This document shows positions 13,083-26,575 of a DNA stretch of 64,000 bases, piece after piece. The position numbers and the translations under genes were made by a program. The notes beneath the pieces are model-generated. The model was given only the letters and a program-made list of their open reading frames with translations. It made no database searches and had not been told where the DNA came from. Origin of the DNA: Eledone cirrhosa (lineage: Eukaryota); NCBI GenBank assembly GCA_964016885.1, contig OZ024743.1, positions 148,366,001 to 148,430,000 of the forward strand, in the 5' to 3' direction. How positions within the stretch are numbered: the first letter of the stretch is position 1; each line of letters begins with the position of its first letter.

Positions 13083-13914
13083 TTAAGCCATATAGAAGAG
13101 CAATAATATCAAATAAGAATTGACCTTGTCCTGGAATGGGGTGGGTTAGGGCCTTATGTTTTGAGCAAGACTATTTATTTTATATTACCACAATCTACTT
13201 AGCAGGGAAAAATTAGTTGCAATGACATCAGAGCCAAGCAGTATCAGCTTTTTCCTTTCTCTTGAACAACATTAGTGTCATGGAGAGAGGAGACTTGACT
13301 GCATGAGAAACTTGCTTCCACAAAACTCCTGCCCAGGCTTGTGCTTTGGAGAGGCAAATATATGGCTAGTTATGAAGGTAAATTGCATGTCCAGTTATGA
13401 TCAAAGAGGGCCTTTTCCCCAATATTTGACAATCTCTCATGACAATCGCTCATAACAATTTTACATCTATAGCATTACTAAATTTGCATCCCATAGACTA
13501 AGCTATTTCTTCAGTGTTATTCAATACTCTAGTTTCATTTGTAGCTCACTCTTTACACAGAACAAAAGTGTAACTCACATACATTGGAATAATGCTCAAT
13601 CCTCTGCAATAGTGTTCGTATTTCACATACAAGCATCTTAATACATATCCAAGAGATGCACTTATCAATACCAAATATACTACAACTCCTGACCTGCAGA
13701 TATGTTCTTTCACATTTCTCTTTCTTCTATGGATACTATAAAATCACTGCAATCTCTCAACCAGTCAACTGCATACTATTTTAGATTCAAATGCACATTG
13801 ATTCAACTTGAGTCTCATCTTCATTCTTCTATTATGTTATACATGTTCATATCCTTTACTAAACAATGGAAAATTACCCAGTCCAACCTGTCAGCTGCTC
13901 ATTTTGGTGCCACT

Positions 13915-14113
13915 ATGTAAAGCACCCAGTCCGTGCTGTAAATTAAATGTGGTTGGTGTTAGGAAGGGCATCCAACTGTAGAAACCAAATCAGAAACAGT
14001 TCTGTATGAGCAAGACAGTCACTCGATCTCACTTATCTTACAATGGGACAACTCGTCAGACCCATATTAGCATGGAAAATGGATGTTAAACAGTGATGAT
14101 AATGATGATGATG
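13915..14113 (+). mobile_element. RTE 3'UTR-derived short element / SINE tail
   Basis: 'gtggttggtgttaggaagggcatccaactgtagaaa ... gcatggaaaatggatgttaaa' plus (GAT)n; a similar copy lies at 27390-27606. Confidence 0.75.
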
Positions 14114-15779
14114 ATTGCTCAAATATTTCTCACCCAAAGACCAAACCTCTCACTTGACCTCCCTGCCCATGTTTCTCCTACAGATGTTCAAGCTAGATAT
14201 AAACCAAATCGATCTCACTAGTTTGGGAGGGTGTACAAAGGTCATCAGCACATCTAACCCTCTTCTTACTAATATATTTTTAAAAAATTGTTGCTCAGCT
14301 ACTGCAATTGTTAACCTTTCCATACAAAAGACCACGGGAACCCTAATATTTATAGTTATTCATATATTTCTTGGTGGTTTCTTGTTTTTATAATATATTT
14401 TATCTGAAAAAAAACATGATTTGCTCTTTATTCATTCAGTTTTCTTATTCCCCACTATACCACTATACCAAATAAAAATATATATATGTGTGTGATGTGT
14501 GTGCGTCTATTGACCTATGTATGTATATATAAATATGAAGATAGATTGCTCTTGTTGAAATAAAATAGGATAAAATTAGATAATGTTACTATTTTTCATA
14601 AAATACTTGTCATTTCTATAATAAATTATTTCTCTATTTGTTTTGATTACTTCTAACATCGTAGCTGGATAATAGGTGTGGTGGAGGTTGTTAGAAGAGC
14701 ATTGAATTGATCTTACCAACAACATTTTTGCCTTAACATTTCTAGAATTGATAAATAAACAATATACTGCTATTCATGTTCTATATGTCTCACCTTTTTT
14801 ACAATTAGGTGGTTGATACTAAACAAGTATTTTTTAAATGGTATTGCTAATACACCCAAGGTCACAGCATCTGAAATAAGACATACGCTGTCCATTGGAG
14901 TAAGACACAGAAGAAAAAACGTTAATATATAGCAATTAAGCTATAACAAGTACACATAGCATTTATGTGACATGAAGAAACATTGTGTTGCTTCTTATAG
15001 CACGAAAGTGTTGGGAATTGAACAGAAAAGGAAGAGGAAAACAAGCGAGAAGAAAAAAGCAAGATGTCATGTTTAAAAAAAATGTAAGCCATTTAAATTA
15101 AGGGGGGGGGGGGAGAGATTATATACATATATATGTATATATATATATATATTTATTTATATATAAACATATATACATGTGTATGTGTGTCTTGGATTAC
15201 AATTTCATCTGAAAAAGTTAAGTAAATTTTTCTTTTTATTCAAATCTGTCTTGCTTTCTGTCAACTCTCTCTTTCTCTCCAGTCACTGTTCATTCAAATT
15301 CGCTTACTCCCACTCCTACTCATAACCCTCTCTCTAACTTACAAATACTTTCTCAGTTTTGGGAAAAATTAAAAACAACACTAAAATCCCTCTAAATTAA
15401 AGAAATGTTTTATTGTCTTTTCAGCATACATTTTAATCAGATGACTTTTTAAAACTACTTTTAAAAAAATGTTCAGTTGTTTTTTTGCAATTGAAGATTT
15501 CAATTCTTCACTTCTTTAAAATTATTTCCTTTCTTAATTTTTTTCGATAATTATGTTTTTATTAATTTTTTAATTTTTTTAATTAAAAAAAAATTTGATT
15601 AGTTTTGAGAATTTTAAGCGAAGGAAAGGATTGATTTTTGTGGTGGAGTTTAATTTTCACAATATTTTACCTAATCAGTTATTATTCACCATGACAAACA
15701 AGAAGATAATTATTTCAAAGGCAGAGAAAAAAGAATGGAGAGGAAAAACCATACAATCAAAATTTATGACACAATAAAA

Positions 15780-15805
15780 TATATGAATACATACACATAT
15801 AAAAT

Positions 15806-15839
<34 letters not shown>

Positions 15840-15963
15840 CACACATATATATATATATATATATAGTTTATACATATGTATACATACATTCATAAATATA
15901 GATACATGAGAGATACATATATATATATACATATACATATATATTTAGATGTATACATATATT

Positions 15964-15999
<36 letters not shown>

Positions 16000-16392
16000 C
16001 ATATATTTATATATATATATACACATATATATATATACATATATACATATATATTTAGATATATACAAATATATTTAGATACGTACATATGTACATACAT
16101 ATATATATGTATATAAATATATATATATTATACATATATATATAAAAAAATATATATGTATATACTTATATATAAATACATATATATTATACATATATAA
16201 TATGCATATATATATAAAAACTTATATATGTATATACATATATATAAATACATATATATTATACATATATATATAAACTTATATATGTATATACATATAT
16301 ATAAATACATATATATATGTATATACATATATATATACAAATATATTATACATATATATATACATATACATATATACACATATATATTATAC

Positions 16393-16425
<33 letters not shown>

Positions 16426-16500
16426 CATATATACATATATATTATACATATATATATACATATATATATATACATATATATACATACATATATATTATAC

Positions 16501-16531
<31 letters not shown>

Positions 16532-16974
16532 CATATATATACATACATATATATTATACATATATATATACATATATATATATACATACATACATACATA
16601 TATATGTATATATATATATGTATAATATATGTATATATATATATATGTATAATATATATATATATATACATATATATGTATATATATATATATATATACA
16701 TACATATATATATATATATATATTATACATATATATACATATATATATATATATTATACATATATATATATATATTATACATATATATACATATATATAT
16801 ATATACACATATATATATACATATATATACAAATATATATATACAAATATATATATAAAAATATATATATACAAATATATATATACAAATATATATATAC
16901 AAATATATATATACAAATATATATATACATATATATATATACATATATATATATATACATATATACATATATAC

Positions 16975-17005
<31 letters not shown>

Positions 17006-17260
17006 CATTTATATATACACATATATATATACATATATATATATACATATATATCATCATCATCATCATCATCGTTTAACATCCATGTTCCACGCTTGCA
17101 TGGATTTGGACGTATATATACATATATATATATATACATATATATACATATACATATATATACATATATATATAGATAGATATATATATACATATATATA
17201 TATATATACATATATATACATATTTATATATATTCATATATATACATATATATATACACA
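15780..17260. repeat. Compound (TA)n/(TACA) microsatellite array
   Basis: Directly visible; source of the spurious YIYI ORFs. Confidence 0.95.
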
Positions 17261-17262
17261 TA

Positions 17263-18741
17263 AACGAATATAGTGAAGAGTTTAGCGTAAAAGTCGGCGT
17301 CCATCAGGGCTCTGTTCTCAGTCCACTACTATTTATTATTGCCCTTCAGGCCATAACAGAGGAGTTCAAGACAGGCTGCCCATGGGAACTCCTATACGCA
17401 GACGACCTGACACTCATAGCGGAATCAATGGCCGAGCTAGAGAAGAAATTCCAAACATGGAAGCACGGCCTAGAGTCAAAAGGACTTAAAATTAACCTGG
17501 CTAAGACCAAAGTACTAGTTTGTAGGAAAGAAAACAAGGCGGCGGTCCCTTCTGGGAAATGGTCGTGCTCGGTGTGTAGGAAAGGCGTAGGTAGAAACTC
17601 CATTTTATGTCCTAAATGCAAAGTATGGGTGCATAAAAGATGTAGTGGGATCACAGGTAGGCTAACTAAGAACATAGATTTTACATGTGGCCGGTGCTCT
17701 GGTGCAATAAGTAGCAGCAAGTGCCCACAAACTACTAGCTCTTTCAATTGCGCAGAGGGTTCTATAGAAATAGTGGACAGCTTCCGTTACCTGGGCGATA
17801 AAATCAGCAGTGGGGGAGGGTGCTCTGAAAGTACTGTAGCTAGAGTCAGAACTGGTTGGAAAAAGTTCAGAGAGCTTATACCACTATTAGCTGCTAAAGG
17901 GTTCTCACTAAAAATGAAAGGCAGGTTGTACGATGCCTGCATACGAACAGCAATGCTGCATGGCAGTGAGACCTGGGCATTGTGTGCAGAGGATATACGC
18001 AGACTAGAGAGGAACGAAGCTTGCATGCTCCGCTGGATGTGTAACAGTAATATACGTGAACGGCAAAGCATAAACGAACTAAGGAATAAATTAGAGATAA
18101 GAGGGATCAGATGTTGTTTACTCGAGAGAAGGCTACGTTGGTATGGACACGTGATGCGCATGAAAGTCGATAGCTGTATAACAAAGTGCAGGGCAATAAA
18201 GATAGACGGTAGTCACGGAATAGGCAGACCTAGAAAAACCTGGGACGAGCTGATAAACTCCGACATCACACACTTACACCTCTCCAAGACAATGTCACTG
18301 GACCGAGACCTTTGGCGGTACTCAGTAACAGAGAAGACCCGCCTTACCTAAATATATAGTAAAACCTACTCCAGCCAGTAGGCATCTCTAACAAATACAC
18401 CCCGTCCCACCACCCCCACCCGATCCACACCACCCCGTTCTATGTAAAGTTATGTTGGTGCCGCGCCATCGAGGCCGAAACAAATGAGATCGTGTAGGTG
18501 TCACGACAAAAAAACACACAGTCCACGCTGTAATGTGGCCGTGTAGGCAACACGGTAAAAACCTCCCAGACCCACACTGTAAATGTGGTTGGTGTTAGGA
18601 AGGGCATCCAACTGTAGAAAACCTGCCAGACAGTCCTATGCGAGCAAGACAATCACTCTTGCCTCAAGTGGGACTACCCCCGTCCAAACCCATGCAAGCG
18701 TGGAACACGGACGTTAAACGCTGATGATGATGATGATGATG
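17263..18741 (+). mobile_element. RTE-clade LINE, 5'-truncated, with an uninterrupted RT C-terminal frame (17263-18351), 3'UTR and (GAT)n tail
   Basis: [19 protein letters not shown]-like CSVC..CPKC..H..C..CGRC, FRYLG, HGSETW, RRLRWYGHV, GRPRKTW. Confidence 0.95.
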
Positions 18742-19255
18742 ATATATATATATACATATATATATATACATACATTTATATATATACATACATATATATA
18801 TATACATACATATATATACATATATATATACATATATATATACATACATATATATATATACATACATATATACATACATATATACATACATATATATATA
18901 TATACATACATATATACATACATATATATATACATACATATATATATATACATACATATATATATACATACATATATATATACATATATATTATATACAT
19001 ACATATATATTATACACATATATATATATATACATATATATTATATACATATATACATATATATTATACACATATATATATATATACATATATATTATAC
19101 ACATATATACATATATATTATACACATATATACATATATATATATACAGGTATATATATATACATATATATATATACAGGTATATATATCTATCTATATA
19201 TATATATATATTTATACATATACATATATACACATATATATGTACATATATATAG

Positions 19256-19288
<33 letters not shown>

Positions 19289-19327
19289 TATAGATATAGA
19301 TATATATACATATATATATATAGATAT

Positions 19328-19371
<44 letters not shown>

Positions 19372-19480
19372 ATACATACATATACATGTATATACATACA
19401 TATATATATACATAAACATACATATACGTACACACACACCTATATACACACGTGTGTGTGTGTGTATATAGCACATATAA
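18742..19480. repeat. Compound (TA)n microsatellite array
   Basis: Directly visible. Confidence 0.95.
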
Positions 19481-20574
19481 ACACATGTATGTATGGTGAT
19501 GTACTTATGCGTGATCTTGAGTGTGTAAAGAAATTTCAAATTTTTTACGTAAATTAAATTAAAAAAATCAAACAAAATAAAAAATGTTTATAAAGAAATC
19601 TATGTAAAATATTTCATATTTTTTTATAAATAATTGAAGAAAAAGAAGAACCACAACATCAATTAACATCAACTTTTAATTGAATTATCTATATTAACAT
19701 CATATTTCTAATCCTAGAATAACCCTTAACAATGTAGCATATAAAACTATGAAAACAGATGTCAAACTTAGGTTTCAGAAAATTCTACAAAATTATTTAT
19801 TTGTTCATTCAATTATTTTATTTTACTTTTATTTCTATCTTACTTGACAAAAGGTAGAACAAGTGTTGGACACCACACACTTTGAACAACAACAAAAATA
19901 ATAGTATTAGTAATAAATCCTAATATCTTTAACATTTTAAATGATTATAATGAGGTTATTTTAAGTATTATGTTTCAATCCTTGGTAAATAAACTTTTTT
20001 TAATATCGACGTTTAAATTTGTTTACTGTTATTTGTAATTACCTTTGCATGTGTATATGAAAAATACTTTCCAATAATTATAATTGTGATCTGACAAGAT
20101 GGGAAATGTATGTAAATGTTGACAGAAAATAAAATAGTATGATAATTATTACAGTATCAACTGAAATAAAAATAAATAATAATGATAATAATACTAACAA
20201 AAATGATAAACTTTGGCAACAGTAGAAGAAAATTTGTAATTTCTAATTAGGAAAATCACACAATTTGTGATTAGTTGAGCTTTGACAAATATTCCTGATG
20301 TTAAAATTTACATCTGATGAGGAATTTTGATATGGTGGGGGCTTTGATGACTTTGATCTTTAAATTATACTGCTAGCACCTACAGAATTAAGGGTGTTAA
20401 CATGATTTAGCTGTAAGAATATCAGCAGTTTTGGTATATTTACACACAAAATTATATTTGCATACATGCATGCTATATATATATATATATTTATACATAT
20501 TTTCTCAAATAAGTGGAAACAGAAAAGCAAACAACACAGCACATTTAATAAATATTAGTTAATATTTGATATAG

Positions 20575-21190
20575 TAAGAAAAAAGTGTTTACGTTTTGGA
20601 CACTAATCGTTTATCAAGAAATAGAATGAGAAGTAAAAGATAAAACAAAAAAATATAGAATAAGAAGAGAAGAGAATGGAAAAGAGTTTTTTTTTAGAAA
20701 GAGCATGTGTGTATTCAGTTAGCTGTGTTGGAAAAATGTTGGTCAGTGAGTATCTTAAGTATTATAGAGCTTTAGAAAGGGAAATATTCACTGGATGGAC
20801 ATTGGACCATAATGAATCTGGCTGCTGTGACAATGTAAAGCTGTAAGTGAGCAGGCACTTGAACTGACCAACTTAGGGTGTACAAATATGCATATGAAAT
20901 TCTTCATACACAAACATATACACACATGCAGAAGTAATTGTAGGGGTTTTTATAGAAAGGGTAGCAGTAGTGAATATGATCATTAGCCTTATATATTTCA
21001 TTTCATGGTATGGTCATAAGTGAAACTGCTAGGCTTTGGGTGCGATTATATGGTAGTATATCTGCAAACAGCTGACCTATGAAGTGTGAAGTCACTACGT
21101 GTGTAGAGGTGAATAGGGACATGTACAAAACGTAAATCATACATCTTTCAAAACTATACCCAGCCCCCCATAAAACAATACCCAATCTGC
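20575..21190 (-). mobile_element. Highly degenerate Penelope-like 3' end (possible GIY-YIG relic plus pLTR of the 2966 family)
   Basis: Minus peptide SFERCMIYVLYMSLFTSTHVVTSHFIGQLFADIL loosely resembles the PLE motif 'IYxIxCxxCxxxYVGxT..LxQRFAEH'; it is followed by a 2966-family pLTR copy at 20575-20725. Confidence 0.35.
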
Positions 21191-24100
21191 ATCAATTACT
21201 GTTTTATATGAAAAGAGCACAGAAGAGTGACATGGAATTTATTCCAAAATAGCAAATTTATTCCTTTGTTATTAAGAATTTCATACAGTAACACATGTAA
21301 GGTATGAGCATAAAATCTCTCAAGGAATATTTTAGAATTGGCACAAGATAGGAAGCTCATGGATGCATGTTTAAGGTTATTTCTCATGAAGAATATCAAT
21401 GATATTCTTCAACTTGAATAATTAGTAATGTTGAACAAAAAGAGACTTTAAAATCTTTGCAATACTGTCAGCTATTAGTCCAATCATGTAACAGACTTTA
21501 ACCAATGAGAAACTGCTTTACAAATAACAGCTAACACAATTCTGCGGTATCATCTTATCATATATGGGTGATTATTTGAAATTGTGTGCAATGATGCAGT
21601 GAATAAATTGACTGTTTACACACACACACACATATATATATATATCACATTCATATTAATTAACTTGCTAATAAAAAATAGATTTAAAACAACCAAACAG
21701 ATACGAGTAGATTTGAACTTATGATCATATGTTAAGCACAACACATACACACACACATATAAATCATATGAAATCAGTATTAAACTATTAAAACACTATA
21801 TATAATATCTATCTGTCTTAGAAGGAAAGAAGTGGGAAAGAGAAGGAGGCAGAAGATAGTTGTTTGATAGAAGAAAATCAAGTCTTTAAAAGAACACATT
21901 AATATATGTCGGTTCATTGAAAACTGAAGAATCCAAATCTGAAAGACAAAATTTTTGCACTGAAAGTTGTAGGCTGTTGTTATACATTGTTTTATTTCTT
22001 TCTCTCTGCACAAATGTACCATATAACAAATTTAAGATATTATTAACAAAGATCATTGACTGCTTTTGTTTTCAATGATGGCTCATTGCTAGGCATGAAT
22101 GGTCTTGGTATGAGTGAGGTATTGAACCAGAAGGAGCATTACAACTGCTTCAATTCATTATTGATCAGACTTGTGTAAGCGACTAACTTTGTTTTTCATT
22201 ATTCTAAGTAGATTTGTGGTCTTGTGCCTATGTTTGAAATCATTAATGTAAGTAGAATTTGATTAAATGTACTTCTTGAAAAAATGAGATAAATAGGAGA
22301 TATATAAATAAAAGATTAGATTATTTGGTTATATAGTGGGTAGTCTTGTAATTTCTTAAATATTAATAACATTGATATTAAGTTTCTAAGATTTTTCTAT
22401 TTTTCCTGCAGGCATGGCTATTAAATTTGCTTGGGGTTCAGTTCAAACATAGTACTCTTGGTTGAATGACTTCTGCTATAGTCTTAGACTGGTCAACAAT
22501 TTGTTAGAGGAATTTGGTAGATGGAAACTATGTGGAAGCCGATCACGTATATGCATGCATATGTTAGTGTGTGTATGTATGTCTCTATGTCTGATTTATA
22601 GCTTAAAACCTGATGTCTTTTCTAATGTTCTGTAACTTAACATTTGGACAAATATAGATGGATAAAATAAGTAGTAGACTCAGAAATGCATACCAGACTT
22701 GAAACGTAAGTACTGAACTTGTTATCATTAACTAAACTCTTGAAGGTTGAGCCTCGGCATGACTGCAGTTGAATAATGAAAACCAGTAAAAGAATAGAGA
22801 AATAAAATTCAACAATTACTTAAGATAATTGCAATTGTTAAAAATATGTAAAACTGAAACAGAGGCAAGCCTCACTGTAGTTTGAAATTATCACCAAAAA
22901 CTATTTAATCAATGATGGAAGTAAGCCCATGAATTTACTTCTACATAATATTTAACGTGCAACAATCCCACCTCCACAACCTTTTTTAAAGTGACATGTT
23001 TAAGACTAAAAGATAGAATGCTTACAGTAAATATTCTAACCAACCAGATAGATTGTCTATCAAGGAGAAATAACTGGGTTAGTCTAAAAACAGTGAATCC
23101 AACAAAGAAAATCCCCACCAGCAACAATTATCTTACACAGCTAACTAGGGAGGAACTTTTACATGGTTACTTGACTGGTTAACACCAAAATCTTCCTCAG
23201 ATCACATTCTACCATATGCAATTATATTTCTAATGAGTAAACAGTTTATACTTCAGTTAATTTTCAACACAATCAAAACTTTGAAAAGGTTTAGTAAAAT
23301 ATCTCAATTTATATAGGTGTTGTTGTTAATCAACTGAAATGCCACAATATGAATCATGTCATAATAAACAACACTCTAAATAAGAAATAAGATATTAATA
23401 GTTTAATAAAGTCACTCTCATGTGGGTTAGTATTAAAGGGTTAAAATAGTTAAAGGACATTCGATAATGCATATTTCTAAAATTACTATAATATTTTTAT
23501 CATAAGTCTACTCAATCAAGGTTGGCTTTGGGCTAAACAACAGCAATGATCTTAATGTTGAAATAATAAAGAGGATTCTCTGTGATTACTTGTCCTGATA
23601 AAAATAGCTGCTAAATGTAAATCAAATTGCATCCAACTGTTTTAGTAATAACAGGACTCATTTGAAGATGTAGTCGTGGATATGATATGTCTGAAAGGAT
23701 GGTGTAATGATCATTGATTTTTGATCTGATCAATAAAAACTGATTTGATGCTAAACCACTAATCAATAAACAGGAAATCTATGCATGGTCACTCAAGTGG
23801 CTAAAGGACAGGCTAAGTTAACTACGAATCACACCCTACCATATTTAACAAAGGTAATACAAACTGGAAAATATAATGTAAAATACACTATGCCTTAAAA
23901 ACAAATATACTGTGGTCATGGTTGGAATGCTTTAGATGTGGTTGTTCAAGACTAAACTAGGTTGAAGTCAGTATCACATGGTTTCAGGAAGATTTTGCTA
24001 CTATTTTAGTGGATCAAGCAATCACATAGAAGCTGTCTAATGTTAAATAGGTTGACTATCTTCGTGTCATAGATCTACATGAAATCAAAGAGGTAGTAAA

Positions 24101-25210
24101 GATATATAAATATTTATCTAAGTGACATCCATGGAATCGTTGATTGGGTGGTTTTTAACCGAACATGGTTTTATAAACCACACTGCTATTAAATAATTTG
24201 TATGGAAGCTGTTAACATTGAACTACTTAAATCTATGTGTAAAGTTATTAACTTCTAGGAACCATCATAGTGTGAGATTTATTGACTTATTGAAAACTTG
24301 GTATCTTATTATAATTGAACTTTATAATTCACAATTGCATGATATTAAAAGAAAGTGTTTAAAAAAAATACAATTGTACTCAACAACAACAAAAGAAAAA
24401 ATTGCTTTAAGTTGTGACCAAATATATTTTTGGAAATGAACTGGAATATCACACAAATAATTAACTTTTCTAAAAACTAACATTAAAATTGAAGAAGAAA
24501 AATACAAAAGTGAAATATGAAACTGCAATTATGTATGAGATTTTTAGATTTTAAATATGGAAACTATAAATCCTCACCACCTCAAAAACAGCAAAAATAT
24601 CATCTTATGTCATTTAGCTAAATGAAGACTTCAGGGCAGTAACAGCCTTTCTACAATACAACTTCTATTGTCTCAGAAATGTTAAGAATACAATGAAATA
24701 CCACTGGGAGAAAAAAGCATAGTTTTGTAAATCTAGTGAAGGTATTTATCTTCTAATTAGTAAACAAAGAGCAAAATCATTCATTAGGCAATAGCATGGC
24801 ATAGAAGGATAATTATGTTAATTAGTTATACTAGCTTGATTAGATAGTGTCTTTCTTCCCATCCCAAAGACATTTTTTCCATGATGACATGAGGGGGTCA
24901 CTTCATTCTTCTATCCATGCTAGCATCAGTTAAACAAGGAAACTGAGAGTGAAGGATGTGAATGAAGGGCACACCTATGGAGTGTGAGGATTTTGATGGC
25001 AAAGGTGGACAGAACAGCTGTGTCTGTGTTTCCATGCTTATAGGATGAGTTGGATGAGGAAAGTAGGGTCCAATAGTGTGAAAGGGAGGGAAGACAAGGT
25101 TGTGGCAGAGATAATTAGGCAGGCCGCATGGTGTTTCATAAAGATTGATAAACTTCTCTCTCAGGTTGTGTTTCACTCTGTTCATGTGGTACAGCAGGTC
25201 ACCATGCTGT

Positions 25211-25247
<37 letters not shown>

Positions 25248-25398
25248 CATATGTATATTTGTAGGCCAAAGGCACTGCTATTTCTAGCATTCCCGTTAGC
25301 CTGTCCATATCCTCATATTATGTTTCCTCACCATGTGCACACAAAACCTGTTTTGAATATATGTAGATGAGTCGTCTATTGTATTTAGTAAGATGAAA

Positions 25399-25478
25399 AG
25401 TTCTACTGATGATTGAGTGTTTCATCTTATGGATTTGCCATTCTATTTTTCACTCATGAAATAGCAATATATAGAATT
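25399..25478 (+). ncRNA. Complete type I hammerhead ribozyme
   Basis: Helix I AGTTCTA/TAGAATT; CTGATGA 25406-25412; helix II TGAGTG/CACTCA; GAAA 25458-25461; helix III TA-GCAA-TA; ATA triplet. Downstream 25530-25620 is homologous to 1075-1155. Confidence 0.8.
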
Positions 25479-25879
25479 ATGAAATCTCGGAATTTTACCA
25501 TTCTTAAGTAAGTTTTTTACTTACTATCCAATTTGAAATAATCAAAGTTTTACCATCTATGTAAGTTCTTTAGCTTGCTATCCGAATTTTCTTTGACAAT
25601 TCATCTATGCATCTATATATATGTATACATATGTGTGTGCATATGTATATATGGATGGAACAATGATTGCTTCATTTCTTTCCAGTCTACATATGTACAG
25701 TGCAGTCACAGCCCATGCTTCATTGAACTTCACACACAGACGTCATATAGTTGTTCTTTTGTACGTAGGGAGAAAATCGTTGTTGTCAACAGTGGGAGTA
25801 ACCCGCTAAGTGTATTCCATTCTGTTCCTTATTCTAGATATTATGCTCTCAGAGCACCCCCTCTGTAGCTAATTACATC

Positions 25880-26395
25880 GCCTAGATAGCAGAAGCTAGC
25901 AACCACTTCTATGGATCCTTCTTGTGACTTGAATAGGATGACATCACTGGCTATCTTCCCCTTGATTACCCCTGTGCATCTACATACAACGTCTTCCTTT
26001 CCCGTTAGTCTACCCATTATCCCACTTCATTTCTTGTGTACCCAAGATATATATTTTGTACATCAAATGGAGTTTATGCTTACTCTCTTTCTACATATTG
26101 AGCAGAGCCATTTCCTTGAAGGTATCAGGGTCCTATCTTCTCGTCTACACATTAGCACTTTGGTTTTGACTAAATTTACTCTCATACGTTTTGATTCCAA
26201 ATTTTCTTTCCACAGTCGGAACATATTTTTTAGTTCTTTAATGGATTTAGCTATAAGAACCAAATCATCTGCATAGAGAGGTTCTCTTGGGTAACCAGCC
26301 TTAAACTCCTCTGGAGAAATATGATGAATAGTAGTGGGTTAAGAAACGAACCTTGTTGAACTCGTACTTATATCTTGAAGTCCTCACTAAACTTA
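25880..26395 (-). mobile_element. Degenerate RTE LINE RT fragment
   Basis: LIAKSIKELKNMFRLWKENLESKRMRVNLVKTKVL..KWLCSIC. Confidence 0.85.
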
Positions 26396-26424
26396 CTTTC
26401 ATACACACACACACACACACACAC

Positions 26425-26575
26425 AGGTGGAGAATTGGCAGAGTCATTAAAATGTTGGATAGAATGCTTTATCGTATTCGTTCTAACTCACTACTCTCGG
26501 AGTTCAAATTAACTTTGCCTTTCATCCATTCACGGTTGATAAAAAAAAAGTACCAGACTAGAACTGGGGTCGAGT
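26425..26575 (+). mobile_element. Meta-domain-type tRNA SINE (other copies 38330-38495 and 51110-51226, minus)
   Basis: 'gagttcaaat..actttgcctttcatcc..gataaaa..gtaccag' resembles the MetaSINE central domain. Confidence 0.7.

Noticed and set aside
15780-19575. Long YIYI/IHIY ORFs (also near 29-30 kb, 41 kb and 62-63 kb)
   Set aside because: Translations of (TA)n/(TACA) microsatellites; not coding.
22991-23200. Possible DNA-transposon peptide (TQLTREELL..LTG)
   Set aside because: Resemblance too short to call without a search.
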